From Vicugna vicugna (taxonomy: Eukaryota), in NCBI GenBank assembly GCA_013265495.1, contig MU058824.1:2445111-2509110 (forward strand): a DNA stretch of 64,000 nt, given 5' to 3'. Positions within the stretch are counted from its first letter, which is position 1, and every line of letters starts with the position of its first letter. Both the position numbers and the translations under genes were made by a program. Shown in pieces: positions 1 through 11,676 of this stretch. Under the pieces are notes generated by a model. The model made no database searches. It was not told the origin of the DNA and saw only the letters and a program-made list of their open reading frames with translations.

Positions 1-190
1 TTATGATTGACTTTCTACAGAGATAGGTATGGTTTAAAGAGATGTGTATGGGTGCCAAGGTGACTAGGAGTGGACTTGTGATGGGTAATTCTGTCTGTCA
101 ACTTGACAGGGCCAGGGAGTGCACAGACATTTAGCTAAACATTCTGGGCATGTCTGTGAGGGTGTTTCTAGATGAAAGTAATATTTGAAA
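1..190 (+). mobile_element. ERVL internal 3' end joined to the start of an MLT2-type LTR
   Basis: gtatgggtgccaagg...gagtggact|TGTGATGG.TAATT.TG..TGTCAACTTGAC resembles the ERVL PPT/MLT2 junction (recalled consensus). Confidence 0.7.
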
Positions 191-319
191 TTGACTGTAA
201 TATTTGAAAAATACAGGGGAAGTGGTACTTCAGGAAGTCTGCACCTGCCCCTCCCGCAGGTGGTGATGGTTACTGTCCTTCCACCTGTGATAACATAGCC
301 CCATTTAGTGCCTACTCAC

Positions 320-439
320 ATCAGGGTCCAGCTCATCCAGCTCATTTTCCAGGGTCCTGAGTTCTTCCTCTGTTAGGGCTCCAAGGATTTCATCTTCATC
401 CAGGTCACGGTATTTCTCTAGCTCTCGCCTGTATGACAT
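320..439 (-). CDS. TMOD1: Tropomodulin-1, first coding exon (codons 1-40)
   Basis: The reverse complement of 439..320 translates to MSYRRELEKYRDLDEDEILGALTEEELRTLENELDELDPD, the tropomodulin-1 N-terminus. Kozak context ACAATGT; phase-0 donor GAT|GTGAGT at 319. Not in the ORF track. The gene continues beyond position 1. Confidence 0.97.
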
Positions 440-474
440 TGTCAGAGAATGTTCTGTGCTGATCTACGTACGAC
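440..474 (-). other. TMOD1: 5'UTR part of TMOD1 exon 2 (35 nt)
   Basis: Polypyrimidine tract and acceptor ttcttttctttctggtag|GTCGTAC at 476-475. An in-frame TAG lies upstream of the ATG. Confidence 0.8.
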
Positions 475-585
475 CTACCAGAAAGAAAAGAATCTTAGAA
501 AGACCCTTCTTGGATTTGCTCTCAGAGTAAACAGATGCCTCTTTAAATGCAGTGGGAAGGTATGTGCTATTGTGTATAGAGTTGA

Positions 586-1186
586 TGTTAAGGGTTGAAT
601 TGTATTCCCTCCAAATTCACATATTGCAGTCCTAAACCGCATACCTCAGTAACCCAGTACCGCATTCCAAGTAAGAAGGCAATGCTACTTGTAAAGAGGG
701 TTGTTGCAGATGTCATGAGTTAAGTATAGATGAGGTCATGCTGGAGAAGGATGGGCCCCTAATCCAATAGGACGGCAGTCCTTATAAAAAGAGGAAATTT
801 GGACAGCCAGGCACACAGGAAGAACACCCTGTGAAGATGAAGGCAGAGATGGGGGTGATGCTTCTACAGGCCAAGGAAACAATAGGACGGCAGCTTATAA
901 AAAGAGGAAATTTGGACAGCCAGGCACACAGGAAGAACACCCTGTGAAGATGAAGGCAGAGATGGGGGTGATGCTTCTACAGGCCAAGGAAGACCAAAGA
1001 TTACCAGCAAACCGTCAGAAGCTGGAGGAGAGGCCTGGAATAGACCCTCACAGCCCTTGGGAGGGACCAACCTGCCAATACCTTGATCTCGGACATCTAG
1101 CCTCCAGAACTTTGAGACAATGAATGCCTGCTGTTTAAGCCACTTAGTTTGTGGTTCTTTGTTACGGCAGCCCTAGAACTACTACC
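586..1186 (+). mobile_element. MLT1 (MaLR) solo LTR with an internal tandem duplication
   Basis: Starts tgttaagggttgaattgtattccc and ends ...tttgttacggcagccctag, with typical MLT1 motifs (gaagatgaaggcagagat, ccttgatctcggac). Confidence 0.85.
765..992 (+). repeat. Near-perfect 115-bp tandem duplication
   Basis: 765-879 is repeated at 880-992. The copies differ by a 2-nt deletion and a terminal base. Confidence 0.95.
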
Positions 1187-3061
1187 ATCAGGATCGCATT
1201 CTTCACAGCAGTTTGTGGTTTTAGACCCCCATGCAAACAAACACAAACAAAACCCAGGGCTCATCTGTGAAATAACTGATGGAACTTTCCGGAGTGGAGA
1301 TAAATAAAAACTAGGAAAAGACACCCAACTAACCAATCAAAAAGCTGGGATTACTTGTTAACTAAAAATAATGGAAGTAATTAAAAAGAAATGAAACCCA
1401 AAGTTCTCTCAGCTGCCAGAAAAAGCCTCCATTTCAGAAAGCAGAGGTGCACGTTATTAATGTAAGTCTGTGCACGTATGGGCATATCTGCAGGAGAAAT
1501 CCGAGTGGGTGTCAGCTGGCTTGATAAGAAAGAACTTGCCTCCCAGATACAGAAAGGCCAGTGCCATTCTCTTCTCTAAGAATGGCTCAGCTTAAACTGA
1601 CGTTTTCTTTTGACCAGACCCCAAGAATGCAACGTTCAGACCATAAGTGGGTCCACCCCTTGATTCACTTCTATTTACTTCCAAAGAAAGCATAAGCCGC
1701 TGACAGGGCTCTGGTATAGACGGAAAAAACCCTTCCTGAGGGCTCGCAGAGAATAACCTAATTTGGATTTTCCTGAGTGGAGCCAGGAGAGGCCCTATGG
1801 TCTGCATCCCAGGACCAAGAGGAACCCTAGGAAAGGGCTCAGAAGCTTCCAGAGACACCTCCGAACTAGTGACTCTTAGGTGGGCTGCAAATGCGTTCTG
1901 GGGGTTCAAACAGGTCTCGGACTGTAGAAAGTTGCACAGGACTCGGGACTGCCTGACTTCTCAGAACTGCTGGCATGCTTCCACACAATGGATGTCACCA
2001 CGAGGGACAGGATACAAGCAGAATTTCCCTGTCCTTTGGACCATGAAACCATGTCTCTGAGAAACTGCTCCTGAAATTGGAATCTTATGGAACAACTTTT
2101 GGAAAACACAGCCTTAGACTCACCTCTGGTTCACATGAGGGAGCCACTCAAACTCACACAGGAAGGGACTAGGGGCAGGCCCAGCTGAGACAGGTTTGGG
2201 ACCCTGGGAGCTTCCCAAATGTGTTATCTTTGCCTGTTGACTTATTTTTCCTATACACTAAAATGCTTAGAAAAAGTCAGGGGCAGACACTGGAGAAGGG
2301 ATGAGCCAGGACAAGGGAGCAGTGAGGGAGGAATCCAGATCAAAGCCAGTGGGAAGAAGAGAGAAATGGGTGGTAACTATGGGGCCCACTGAAGGAGGGG
2401 TGGGGCCAGGTGGTGGGCCACCTCCAGAATGCCACTCGAGGGATGCAGTCATTAAATTTCCTGCAGAAGTCTCCCTCTTAGCACACACAGGAAAATTAAT
2501 GTTCCACTTACATGCTCCAAGGTGCTGATGAATTCAAAAATCTTATTTCAGAGGATTTAAAAGGCCCTTTCTAACGTCAAGTGCCCTGTGAATATTACGG
2601 AGTGATGAGGCATTGCATTAAATAAGCTGAGAGGAACAGAGAAGTCCTAAGGTAAACAATGAAGCTGTCAGCTTCAAGCCACACTCATCTACTTGGCTCC
2701 CAGGGATGGTTTCTCATAAGTGAGATTCTCCTGTGGTCAGTGATGTGGGGGAACTGGAGATGGGGAAGGGACAGGGTGGGAGGGAGGTGAACACAGCACA
2801 TTAATAGAGCCCACTTCTAAGCCAACTTAGAAGAGATGGTATTTTATAACTGTTAGTAAAAGGCCTCTGTTTCCCAATAAAAAAGGTGTCAAGAATGGAC
2901 CCAGGCATGAGATTCAGAGGATGCTGGCTGGAGTGCTAGTTATGTTGGTAACTCCCTGGGTGAACTTTGCTAAATCCCTCTCGTCCTCTGGGCCTCAGTT
3001 TGCTTATCTGAAAAATGAGCATATATGGACTGGGAAATTCTCCTTATAACCTATCCCCCAC

Positions 3062-3256
3062 CGGTGGTCTTCAAGCTGTGCTTAGGGGAGAGCTCAGGTT
3101 CCAAGAAAGCTTCTCCAGAGCCCCTGCTGGGGTTAACTAGGAGAGGCTAAGCAAAGGGGCTCTCCCCTGCTACTGCCTGATCTATTTGGGATTCTATGTA
3201 AGATTTCCCTTGAGGAAAGGATTTGGCTGCTAAAATAAAAAGCTGAAAATCACTGG
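3062..3256. mobile_element. hAT MITE (MER102-like)
   Basis: Terminal inverted repeats cggtggtcttcaagct ... agctgaaaatcactg. Confidence 0.55.
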
Positions 3257-4706
3257 ACTAACTTTCTTCTTCTGTACAGTAAGAGGGTAACAGTACTCGC
3301 CCCATAGGGTGCTGCGACAATTAAGTGGCAACAAGCAGATAAGGTGCAAAAGCTTGGGGCTGGGGCGTGGTCAATGAAGGCTCAACAAAGTCCAGCCACT
3401 GTGAGGCTGCCTCAGCCACTGCTGCTGCTGGGGCCACCCCCCTCCCCTATTCCGGTCCCCCAAACACTATCATCAGGCTGTCATGTCCCTCAGGTAAGGA
3501 CCTGTGTCTTCTTGTCCTCATGGCTCCAGTGCCCAGCCCTGTGCTTGGTGAAGGTGCTAGAAGCACAAGAGCACATTTAGGTTTTGATCTAGTGTCCTTG
3601 GGACTTGGGGCAAGTCCCTTCTCTTCTCGGATCCTCTGTTTCCCCATTTTTAAACTGGGAAGATCTGGGAGGGCTGGGAACCCAAAGGGGAGGGGATGCA
3701 GGTAGGGGTGATGACGCTGCTGGAGCTCTCAGCATGGCCTGCCTGACGGAGCACAGTGCTGCTGCTACCTGCTTTACAGATCGGGTCCTGAGTAAGAGCT
3801 GGTGAGAAAAAGAAAAGGATAGCTCAATAAATTTAAAACACATTTAAAAACTTAAGTCTTCCAAATCGTATTTTACACTGCCGGCATATCTGGCCACCCT
3901 GCTTCTCGATGACAGAAGCCCTAAGCCGCTACTAAGTATGAAAAAAAAAAAGAATTTACAAGCTGTGCCAGGAAGTAAAACTCGGCAGGTTGGACAGTAA
4001 AAATTAGTGGGTCAAAGGCTGAGGCCATCCATCAGGAAGCTTCAGAAATGAAAGCTCTGAGACAGGGAAGCTCCTGGAGGACCAAATGTGCTTTTAAATC
4101 TTTCAGGGGAAGTAGGTGCAGTCCCTTCTGCTAATGGCATCTGCATCTGCCCTGAGGGAGCACTGCGGGAGGAGGTGCTGGGCGGCACCTTGATTTATGA
4201 CTGCACTTCCCTGAGGTCAGGAAGAGCTGAGTCACAAGTTCAAGCGAATATTTTCCAGTTACACCATCTTGTCATTTCAGCCCAAGTGAACGTCTTGATG
4301 CTGGGCAAAGGAAGGTGGATTTACAAACAAAGCTAATTCTTCATACCCCCTCTCCCCTGTCTTTGTCCTTCTCTTTCGGAAGACACTTTGGTTAAAGGGA
4401 TTGTAGGTCACGATCCCTCATCACTGAAGCCTGCGCCTCTCTCTTCCATGGGTTCCAGGGACACAAGCGTGCCTGAGCTGTCCCTGGTCCCTCCTGAAAG
4501 AGCTGTTTCCCCCCTGCCCTCCAAGGGGCACCTCTGGGGGCAGCCATGCTTTATATCATGTGATTCCCCCCCTCAGCTGATTGGACAGAGTAGGTGCCTG
4601 GCTCCAGGGCAGCCAGTTGCTTGGCTAGTCAATGACCTATGTGGTGGCTTGGCATTAAAAAAAAAATCGTGAGTTGGATGAATGAGCTCCTTTATTTCTT
4701 GGGATT

Positions 4707-4847
4707 TGTATTGATTCCTGAGACTGCCCTAACAAACTGAGGGGCTAAACAGCAGAAATTCATTGTCTCTCAGCTCTGGAGGCTACAAGTCCAAAATCTA
4801 GGTGTGGCAGGGTTGGCTCCTTCTGGGGGCTCTGAGGGAGAATCTGA
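4707..4847 (-). mobile_element. MLT1 LTR fragment
   Basis: cagaaattcattgtctctcagctctggaggctacaagtccaaaatc..ggcagggttggctccttctg matches MLT1 in reverse. Confidence 0.7.
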
Positions 4848-5439
4848 AGGGTGCGCTCACAGGGCTGAGAGATGGGAACACCAGGTCGCCAGAAGCGCCC
4901 TGTCCCTGCTCCCTCAGGCCTGGGTTGCTACAGCGCTTGTGGATTTCCCATGAGACCCCCGTCCTCCCACAGTCCTTCTAGGATCTACCCCCTCCTCAGG
5001 CTCCCTCACTGCACTCAGGTACCTCGAATGGGTCCCCACCCCTTGCAGCCAAGCAAGTACGAGAATCTCCGGGCTTACCTCCTTCCTTTCTCCCACTCCT
5101 CAGTCTCCTTGGCCACAGATTCTTCTTGGCCCACCTGTTTCCTTGGGCTCTGCCCTCTTCTTACATCTCACGCTTCCCTGGTGGTTCTTATTTCCGCTGG
5201 GGTCTATTACCAGTGATAAGCTGATGACTCTTGCCTGGTCTCTCCAGCCTGGCTCCCTCCTGGGCACTTCTCCTGGAGTCCCTGAGGCTCAAAGTGCCCA
5301 ACTCTGAGCACGGCCACCTCACCTCCACCTCCTCGCCCTGCTGCCATCAGCCCCCCAGGCCAGACCCCTGGGGTCAGCCCGAACTCTCCCCTCCCACTCC
5401 CTCAGCCCTGGTGGGTCCCCACGCCTGTCAGTCCTCTAT

Positions 5440-5760
5440 TTTTTTTTTTGAATGTTATAGTTTTTTTTTTTGGTTAGATTATGGTAAAATGCACAAACAT
5501 AAAATTAACCATTTTAAGTGTGCAGTTCTATAGAACTCGGTACATGCACACTGTTGTACAACCAATACCACCATCCATCTCTAGAACTTTTTCATCTTCC
5601 TGACTGAAACTCTGTTCCCCTTTAAGCACTAACCCCCCTCCCCTTCCCCCCAGCCTCTGGCAGCCACCATTCTACCTTTTGTGTCCTTGCGTCTGACTAC
5701 TCTAGGTGCCTCATCTAAGTGGAATCAGACACTGTTATCCCTTTGTGACTAGACTCCTCT
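5440..5760 (-). mobile_element. L1M (L1MB-like) 3' UTR fragment
   Basis: Poly-T followed by ...acataaaattaaccattttaagtgtgcagttc...ccaccatccatctctagaactttttcatc. Confidence 0.75.
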
Positions 5761-7579
5761 CTCTACCATCCTTTGTATCTGCCCCTCCTCTCCCTTGTCA
5801 TGGCGACTGCCTTTTTCAGATCTGTGTTATCACAGCAGCCTTCCAACCCGGCTCCCTGCCTCCATTCTCCTACCTTCCTGTCCACACTCAACTCAGCCTC
5901 CAAGTGATCTTTGTGAAAATCAGTTATGATGCTGCTCCCAAGCTGAAAGCCACCTTCAACAGCCCCCATTATGACAGATGGAGTGCAAACTCCCCAGCCT
6001 GGGGTTTGAGGCCACTGGAAACCTGGTGGCCTCTGTACGCTCTCCGCCCCCCCCCTCCAGCTTCTAATCCCAGGACAGGCCTTCCCCTTCCAGCTGGACC
6101 TGCCACTCATCCCCAAGCACCCCAGAAATTCTGGGCTATGTGCACGCTGTCCTCTCAGCCTGGAGCACCATCTCCCAGCCTCCACACTCTCTGAGGTCAC
6201 GCTAAGTCCACAAAGCCCCTCCAACAGTTCCCTCAACCTCCTTACTGGAGTGACGCAGCCTCTCTCCTCCAGCAGGCTGTGTGTAGCCCAAGGAAATCAG
6301 TGCTTCCCTGCCCAGCGGAGGAGACCATGGCTTCCACCTCTCCCAGCCCCCAGGCTGAACTGGGTTGGGGAAGCAATCACGTCTGACCCAGCCGCACATC
6401 TCAGAGCACAGCTCAGACTAAAGCCACCGTTACTGCAGGTCAGTCAGGGCTACAGATGCCGCGGAGCCAGATGGACAACCGAATTCTAGCCCAGACCAGT
6501 GACCCCAAAAGGAAGAAAGTCAACTGTCCCTCAATTGGGTGGGCAGGGTAGGGTGTGGAGGGGTAGACAGTGAGTAATGGAAGTTTGGGGGGCTTAACTT
6601 CCTCAAGGTTTAGATTTTAAAACAGGGTCATAAAGCATAACACAATAATTACACCTAAAACCACTCCAAAGTGCAGAGACTTTGCATTTTTGACAAAACA
6701 ACAACAACAAAGCACTTTCATGCCCAACAGTTTCATGTCCCCGGCAGGGCAAGAAGTGAGAGCACTGTCATCTGTGTGGGATCTGGACAGATGGGGAGAG
6801 AGCTGGACCGAGAGGACCACGTTTTCCAGCCTCCTAGGTCCGAAGCCCCTGCCATCTCGCGTCCCCAGGGAGCCCCTGGTGATGGCCTGAGAGCTCACCG
6901 CGCCCTGATGAAAGGCTCTCCCAGGCAGCGCTGGCTACAGAATTTGCCTAGTCCAGGGCAAAGTAAGACCAGGGGGGTCTTGCATTCAAAAATGGGGAAA
7001 AGGTGCCATTAAAGGTACCAAGACAAAGTTTTTTCTTTCTCTCGTGGTCTCTGTCTTGATCAGTCATGGTGTTTTAAAAATTCATAATTAAAAAAATTAT
7101 GTCTCGATCTACACAGGTGCCCCAGTGCTGTCACTCAGAGCATGTACTCCAAGTCCTCTGCCTACCAGCTTCCCTCCCTGCCAGATGCAGGACAGAGACG
7201 CTTGCTGTGGTAGGGTGCCGCACAGTCAAGCCAGGCATCTCCCCTTCCAATGGGGCCACTGCCCCACCACACACAGAGATGGGCGATTCCAAGTGTATCC
7301 CAACCTCTGCACAAGGACACTGGGTGCCTGGATCAGGGAGGACAAGAGGTTTGCTCTGCAGAGTTGCCAGCTGAAGGCACCTGGGGCAAGAGCCCCTGCA
7401 GTAGCTGGGCAGGTGGGGAGGGGGAGGCTGGTGGGATCTGAGGGTGCCAGGAGGCGAGGCAGCCAAGTCTAAGAACCTACCCTCAGGAAGCACAGAGCTA
7501 GCAGGTGGTAAGGCCTCATGTGAGCTGAGGCTCCAAGCCCTGATGCATGCTCCACAGTCCACTGGGCTTCACTTAAAAA

Positions 7580-7666
7580 TATAAACTCATATGACTGAAA
7601 AATTGTGCTGTACACCAGAAATTGACACAATATTATAAACTGACTATAACTCAATAAAAAAATAAA
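7580..7666 (+). mobile_element. Short 5'-truncated lineage-specific L1 3' end (camelid-like)
   Basis: gctgtacaccagaaattgacacaatattataaactgactataactcaataaaaaa is a cetartiodactyl-type L1 terminus with an A-tail. Confidence 0.65.
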
Positions 7667-8049
7667 TCCAAAGATAAAATTAAAGAATTTTGAGAAAGCA
7701 ACTATGGAACATTCTACCAAGCAAGGGGGTCCTTCTGAAAGCAGGGCTCTGCACAACTGCACAACCTACAACCTGTTCCCGCACAACCTACAACCTGTTC
7801 CTAGCCCTCTTCAAGGACACACACCATACACCCTGAAGGCCCCAGGGCTACATCCAGCCTTGGCTCACCTGGAATGGTCCTCTTCCTTCCTAGTATCTTC
7901 CAACCCACTGGAATCTCCAGTCCCTGGGGCCTATAGGAACATGGGGCCATTGTACAGTGGTAGAAGGGACACTAGCATAGGAATCAGGGGACTTGGTTCC
8001 AAGTGAGGTGAGATAAAGGATGATGTAGTTCAGATCACTGGTTTCCTTC

Positions 8050-9555
8050 TCCTTTCCTCACTCCCACGGAGGTACAGCCCAATAAGCTGACCCTACAAGC
8101 ATTAGATGGGTGGACACAGCTGGGCAGCCATGAGAAAGGTTTGGGGGTTCTCAAGTGACTGTCCACCCTATGTAGACCAACAGTGTGAGATGCTGGCCCC
8201 CAAAGTCACGGTGCAATCTCAGCCACATTAATAAAGGTACGGGGACACAGTGAGGGCAATGATGCTCAGCTCTGGGCCCCTACTCTTTTGTGCAGGGAGT
8301 GATTTTCTTCCTTTTTAATAAGGCATTGGTTCTATACTGTCAAGTGGGCAAGTCTTAAGAGCACAGCTCACTGAATCTGTTCATATGCATACACTTACAT
8401 AAGCACCACTCACATGAAGATACAGGACATTTCCAGCCCACCAGAAGGCTTTCTCATCCCTGTCTCAGCCCATCTCCCTCAAAGGTAACTCCTATTCTGA
8501 CTTTTAAAACCACAGATTAGCTCTGACTGCTTTAGAACATCATATAAATGGAAACATACAGTGGGTATGTTCTTGTGTATGGCTCCTTTCACTCAACATT
8601 TTGTCTGCGAGATTCATCTGTGTTGTGTGTTAGAGTGGCAGTTCATTCTTCTCCATTGATGTGTAGGATTCCATCACATGAATTACACCATAATTTATTT
8701 GTTTACTCTACTGTTAATGGACATTTAAGTTATTTCCAGTATTTGGTAATTATAAATAGTGCTATGACTGTCTTGGTAGGACTAATCACTTACTTCTGTT
8801 GGGTATGTACCTGGAGTAGAATTTCTGGATCAAAGAGGAGGCATACACATGAGCCTCATATGAGCAGGGATGCTGGAGTCCCAGATGAGGTCTCCAGAGA
8901 CGTTATTGGGAGTTGACACTTAGTTTCCACGGGTATTGTCAAACAGTTTTCCAAAGTAACTGTACAATTTTACATCCCCACCAGCAATGTATGAGAGCTC
9001 CAGTTGTTCCACACCCTTGTCACCTCTTGGTATTGTCCATACTTTTCCTTTTAGCCATTATGGTGGGTTGGCAGTGGTATCTCGTTGTGCATTTCTCTGA
9101 TGAATAAGGATGCTGAACACATTTTATATGCATACTGGCCACGTGGGTGACCTCTCCTGTGAACTAGGCCTTCTCTCTTCAGTGGTGCTGACTGAGCCCA
9201 GAAAAGAGGGGCCGGGTGTCCTATGAAAAACAATTGAAGGACCAGGGGGAACACAAGCACACTCTGCAAACCTCTAATGGGCTGAGCTGGGGTAGAAGGA
9301 ACAAAAGTGGTCTGTGGCTCCCTAGCACTCAGAAGACGTTGATTTACAGAGGTTACCAGGACATGGATTTCCAATCAGCACAAGGAACTGTCTAAAAATA
9401 AAAAATGCCCCAGGAGGCACCGGGCTGATTGAGGAGGTGGTGAGAACCTGTTATGACAGTCACATGAGCAGGGATGCTGGAGTCCCAGATGAGGTCTCCA
9501 GAGAGGTTATTGGGAGTTGACAAGATGAGATTTAAGGCCCTTCAAGACCTGATTA
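8050..9555 (+). mobile_element. L3/CR1 remnant interrupted by an antisense L1M (about 8310-9170)
   Basis: CR1-like segments at 8110-8280 and 9190-9555. L1 reverse motifs (cattccatc..atgaattacaccataattt, ccaccagcaatgtatgagagctccagttgttccaca) lie between them. Confidence 0.6.
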
Positions 9556-10539
9556 TGAAAGGCATGTTTGGAGCCACTGAGTGGAGAGGACAGGGACTTA
9601 GAGATCAGTTCTCTTTAAAATTTTTGTTTTCTAGCCTGTTTGCACTATTCTCCCTGGTTGATCTCATTCCCTTAGTCACTCGGGAAAGTACCTTCTGAAA
9701 ACACAGGGAGACAAAATACAGCGTTTGACTCCATCACTCTCTGTGGTGGCTATGAGCCCCATCCCAGTTCTCACGGAGCCTCAAAGGTCTACATGTCAGT
9801 CACAGTGGTCAGATGGTTTAAATTAGGAAAGCACGTGTGCCTGTACCAGTATATGTTTTCATTTTGCATCTCTTGAGGTCATCACAGAGTCTGAGTCACT
9901 GCACGAATCACTGTAAGCAACAGGGTTCTAGGAAAAGACTCTGAATCCATGGCCCTGTCCCAGCTGGCCTGCCCACCTACCCATCTGCCCTGCAAATCCT
10001 ACTATAGCGTACGCCACTCTGCAGCTCCTCCTCCCCACCTCTCTGCAACTGCCCTGGCTTGGGCCACCATGACATGCTCTCACTAGCCTCTGTCTCTTCC
10101 ATGGCTTCTTTCTCCACATCAGCTGAAAAGTGTTCTAGCAGCTAAGTAGTTAATACAAACAGGAGGGGCTGTCAGAGTTCTGCTGTCAGAGGCATCATCT
10201 TATTGCATCCACAACCCCCTCCCCGAGACTGAAAGCTACTTGAAGGCAAGCATCCCTGTCTCCTACAGCCCATTGTAAAGCCCCACCTCTCTCAGGTGCT
10301 TCAGGCAGGTTTGTTGAGTAAGTGAATGAATGAATGCCTGGCATTGCTACTGGCTTTGACAGCCGTAAGACAAAAGCCTTGGCGGAATAAAAGTTGGCTT
10401 ACAGGAAAGCTTGTGAGCTCACTCCTGTTCTCACTCTCCATTTCACAAACACAAACTTTGACATCTCACCTCCGAGCAGGTGTTAACACAGGTACAGCTT
10501 TATGACCCGAGTTTCTGTATTTTCTGAAAAAGCAGTATG

Positions 10540-11030
10540 AAAATTAGCATGAACAAAGGGATCCTACCAAAAAAAAAAAAAAAAAAAAAAAAAAAGCCAG
10601 CCCAACAAAAATGTGGGAAGAGGAAAGGAACAGGCAATTCACATAAAAAAGATACGAATGGCTAGTAAGCCTATGAACAGAGAACCGAACTCACCCAAAT
10701 TACAGAAACGTAAATCGAGAGAGGAGACATCAGTTCTCATCTCTCAGATTAACAAAGATGAAAACGTCTGAGAATCTCCGATATTCACAAGATGTGCAGG
10801 AGACCAACACACAGAAGAGAAGTACACATTGGTACACCATCTCTCAAGGCAAGCTGAGCAGTATCTCTCCAAATGCACATAACCTTTGACTCAGCAATTC
10901 ACTTCTAGGAATTTATCCTGCCAGTTTACTCACTGAATTGTATAAAGATCTATGTACAAATCGTCTGGTTATTACCTATATTAGCAAAAGACTGGAAACC
11001 ACGTAAGAGTTCATCAACAGGGCACTGGGC
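10540..11030 (+). mobile_element. Old L1M fragment containing an A27 tract (10569-10595)
   Basis: aacaggcaattcaca..., ctttgactcagcaattcacttctaggaatttatcc are L1 ORF2-end/3'UTR motifs. Confidence 0.7.
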
Positions 11031-11261
11031 AAATGAATGATAATGGAGACCCTAGAACACCACGAACACCATCCTTGAGGCTACTGTTGCCCATTATGTC
11101 TCTGTACCGCCACACAGCAAGCACTAGTCTGCACAGACCACATACCAAGCACAGTGCTAAATGCTCTGCGTGAACTATCTCACGCAGTCCTAGTAACTCT
11201 GTGAAGTAGGTATTTTTTAATTCCCATTTAAGCTGAAGAAACTGAAATGCAATAATCTGAC

Positions 11262-11676
11262 TGGACCAGTTTCCTAGGGCCACCATAACAAAGTACCACA
11301 AACTGGATAGCTGAAAACAGCAGAAATCTATTCCATTACAGTTCAGGCGGCCGGAAATCGGAAATCAAGATGTCGGCAGGGTTGGCTCCCTTTGGAGCCG
11401 CTGACAGACTCCACTCCATGCTTTTCTCCTCGCTTCTGGGGGCTGCTGGCCATCCTTGGCTCTCCCTGCCTGTGCCTGCATCACTCCAACCTCTGACTCC
11501 GTCATCTCCCCTGTGTGTGTCCTCTCCTCTTCTCATAAGGACACCAGTCATTGGATTTAAGGCCCACCCTAATCCAGTAGGATCTCATCTTAACTAATTA
11601 CATCTGCAAAGACCCTGTTTCCAAAGAAGGTCACATTCTGAGGTTCCGAGGGGACACAGTCATATAATCCGCTACA
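11262..11676 (-). mobile_element. MLT1 solo LTR
   Basis: ccataacaaagtaccacaaactg...aaggacaccagtcattggatttaaggcccaccctaatccag...aaggtcacattctgagg. Confidence 0.85.
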
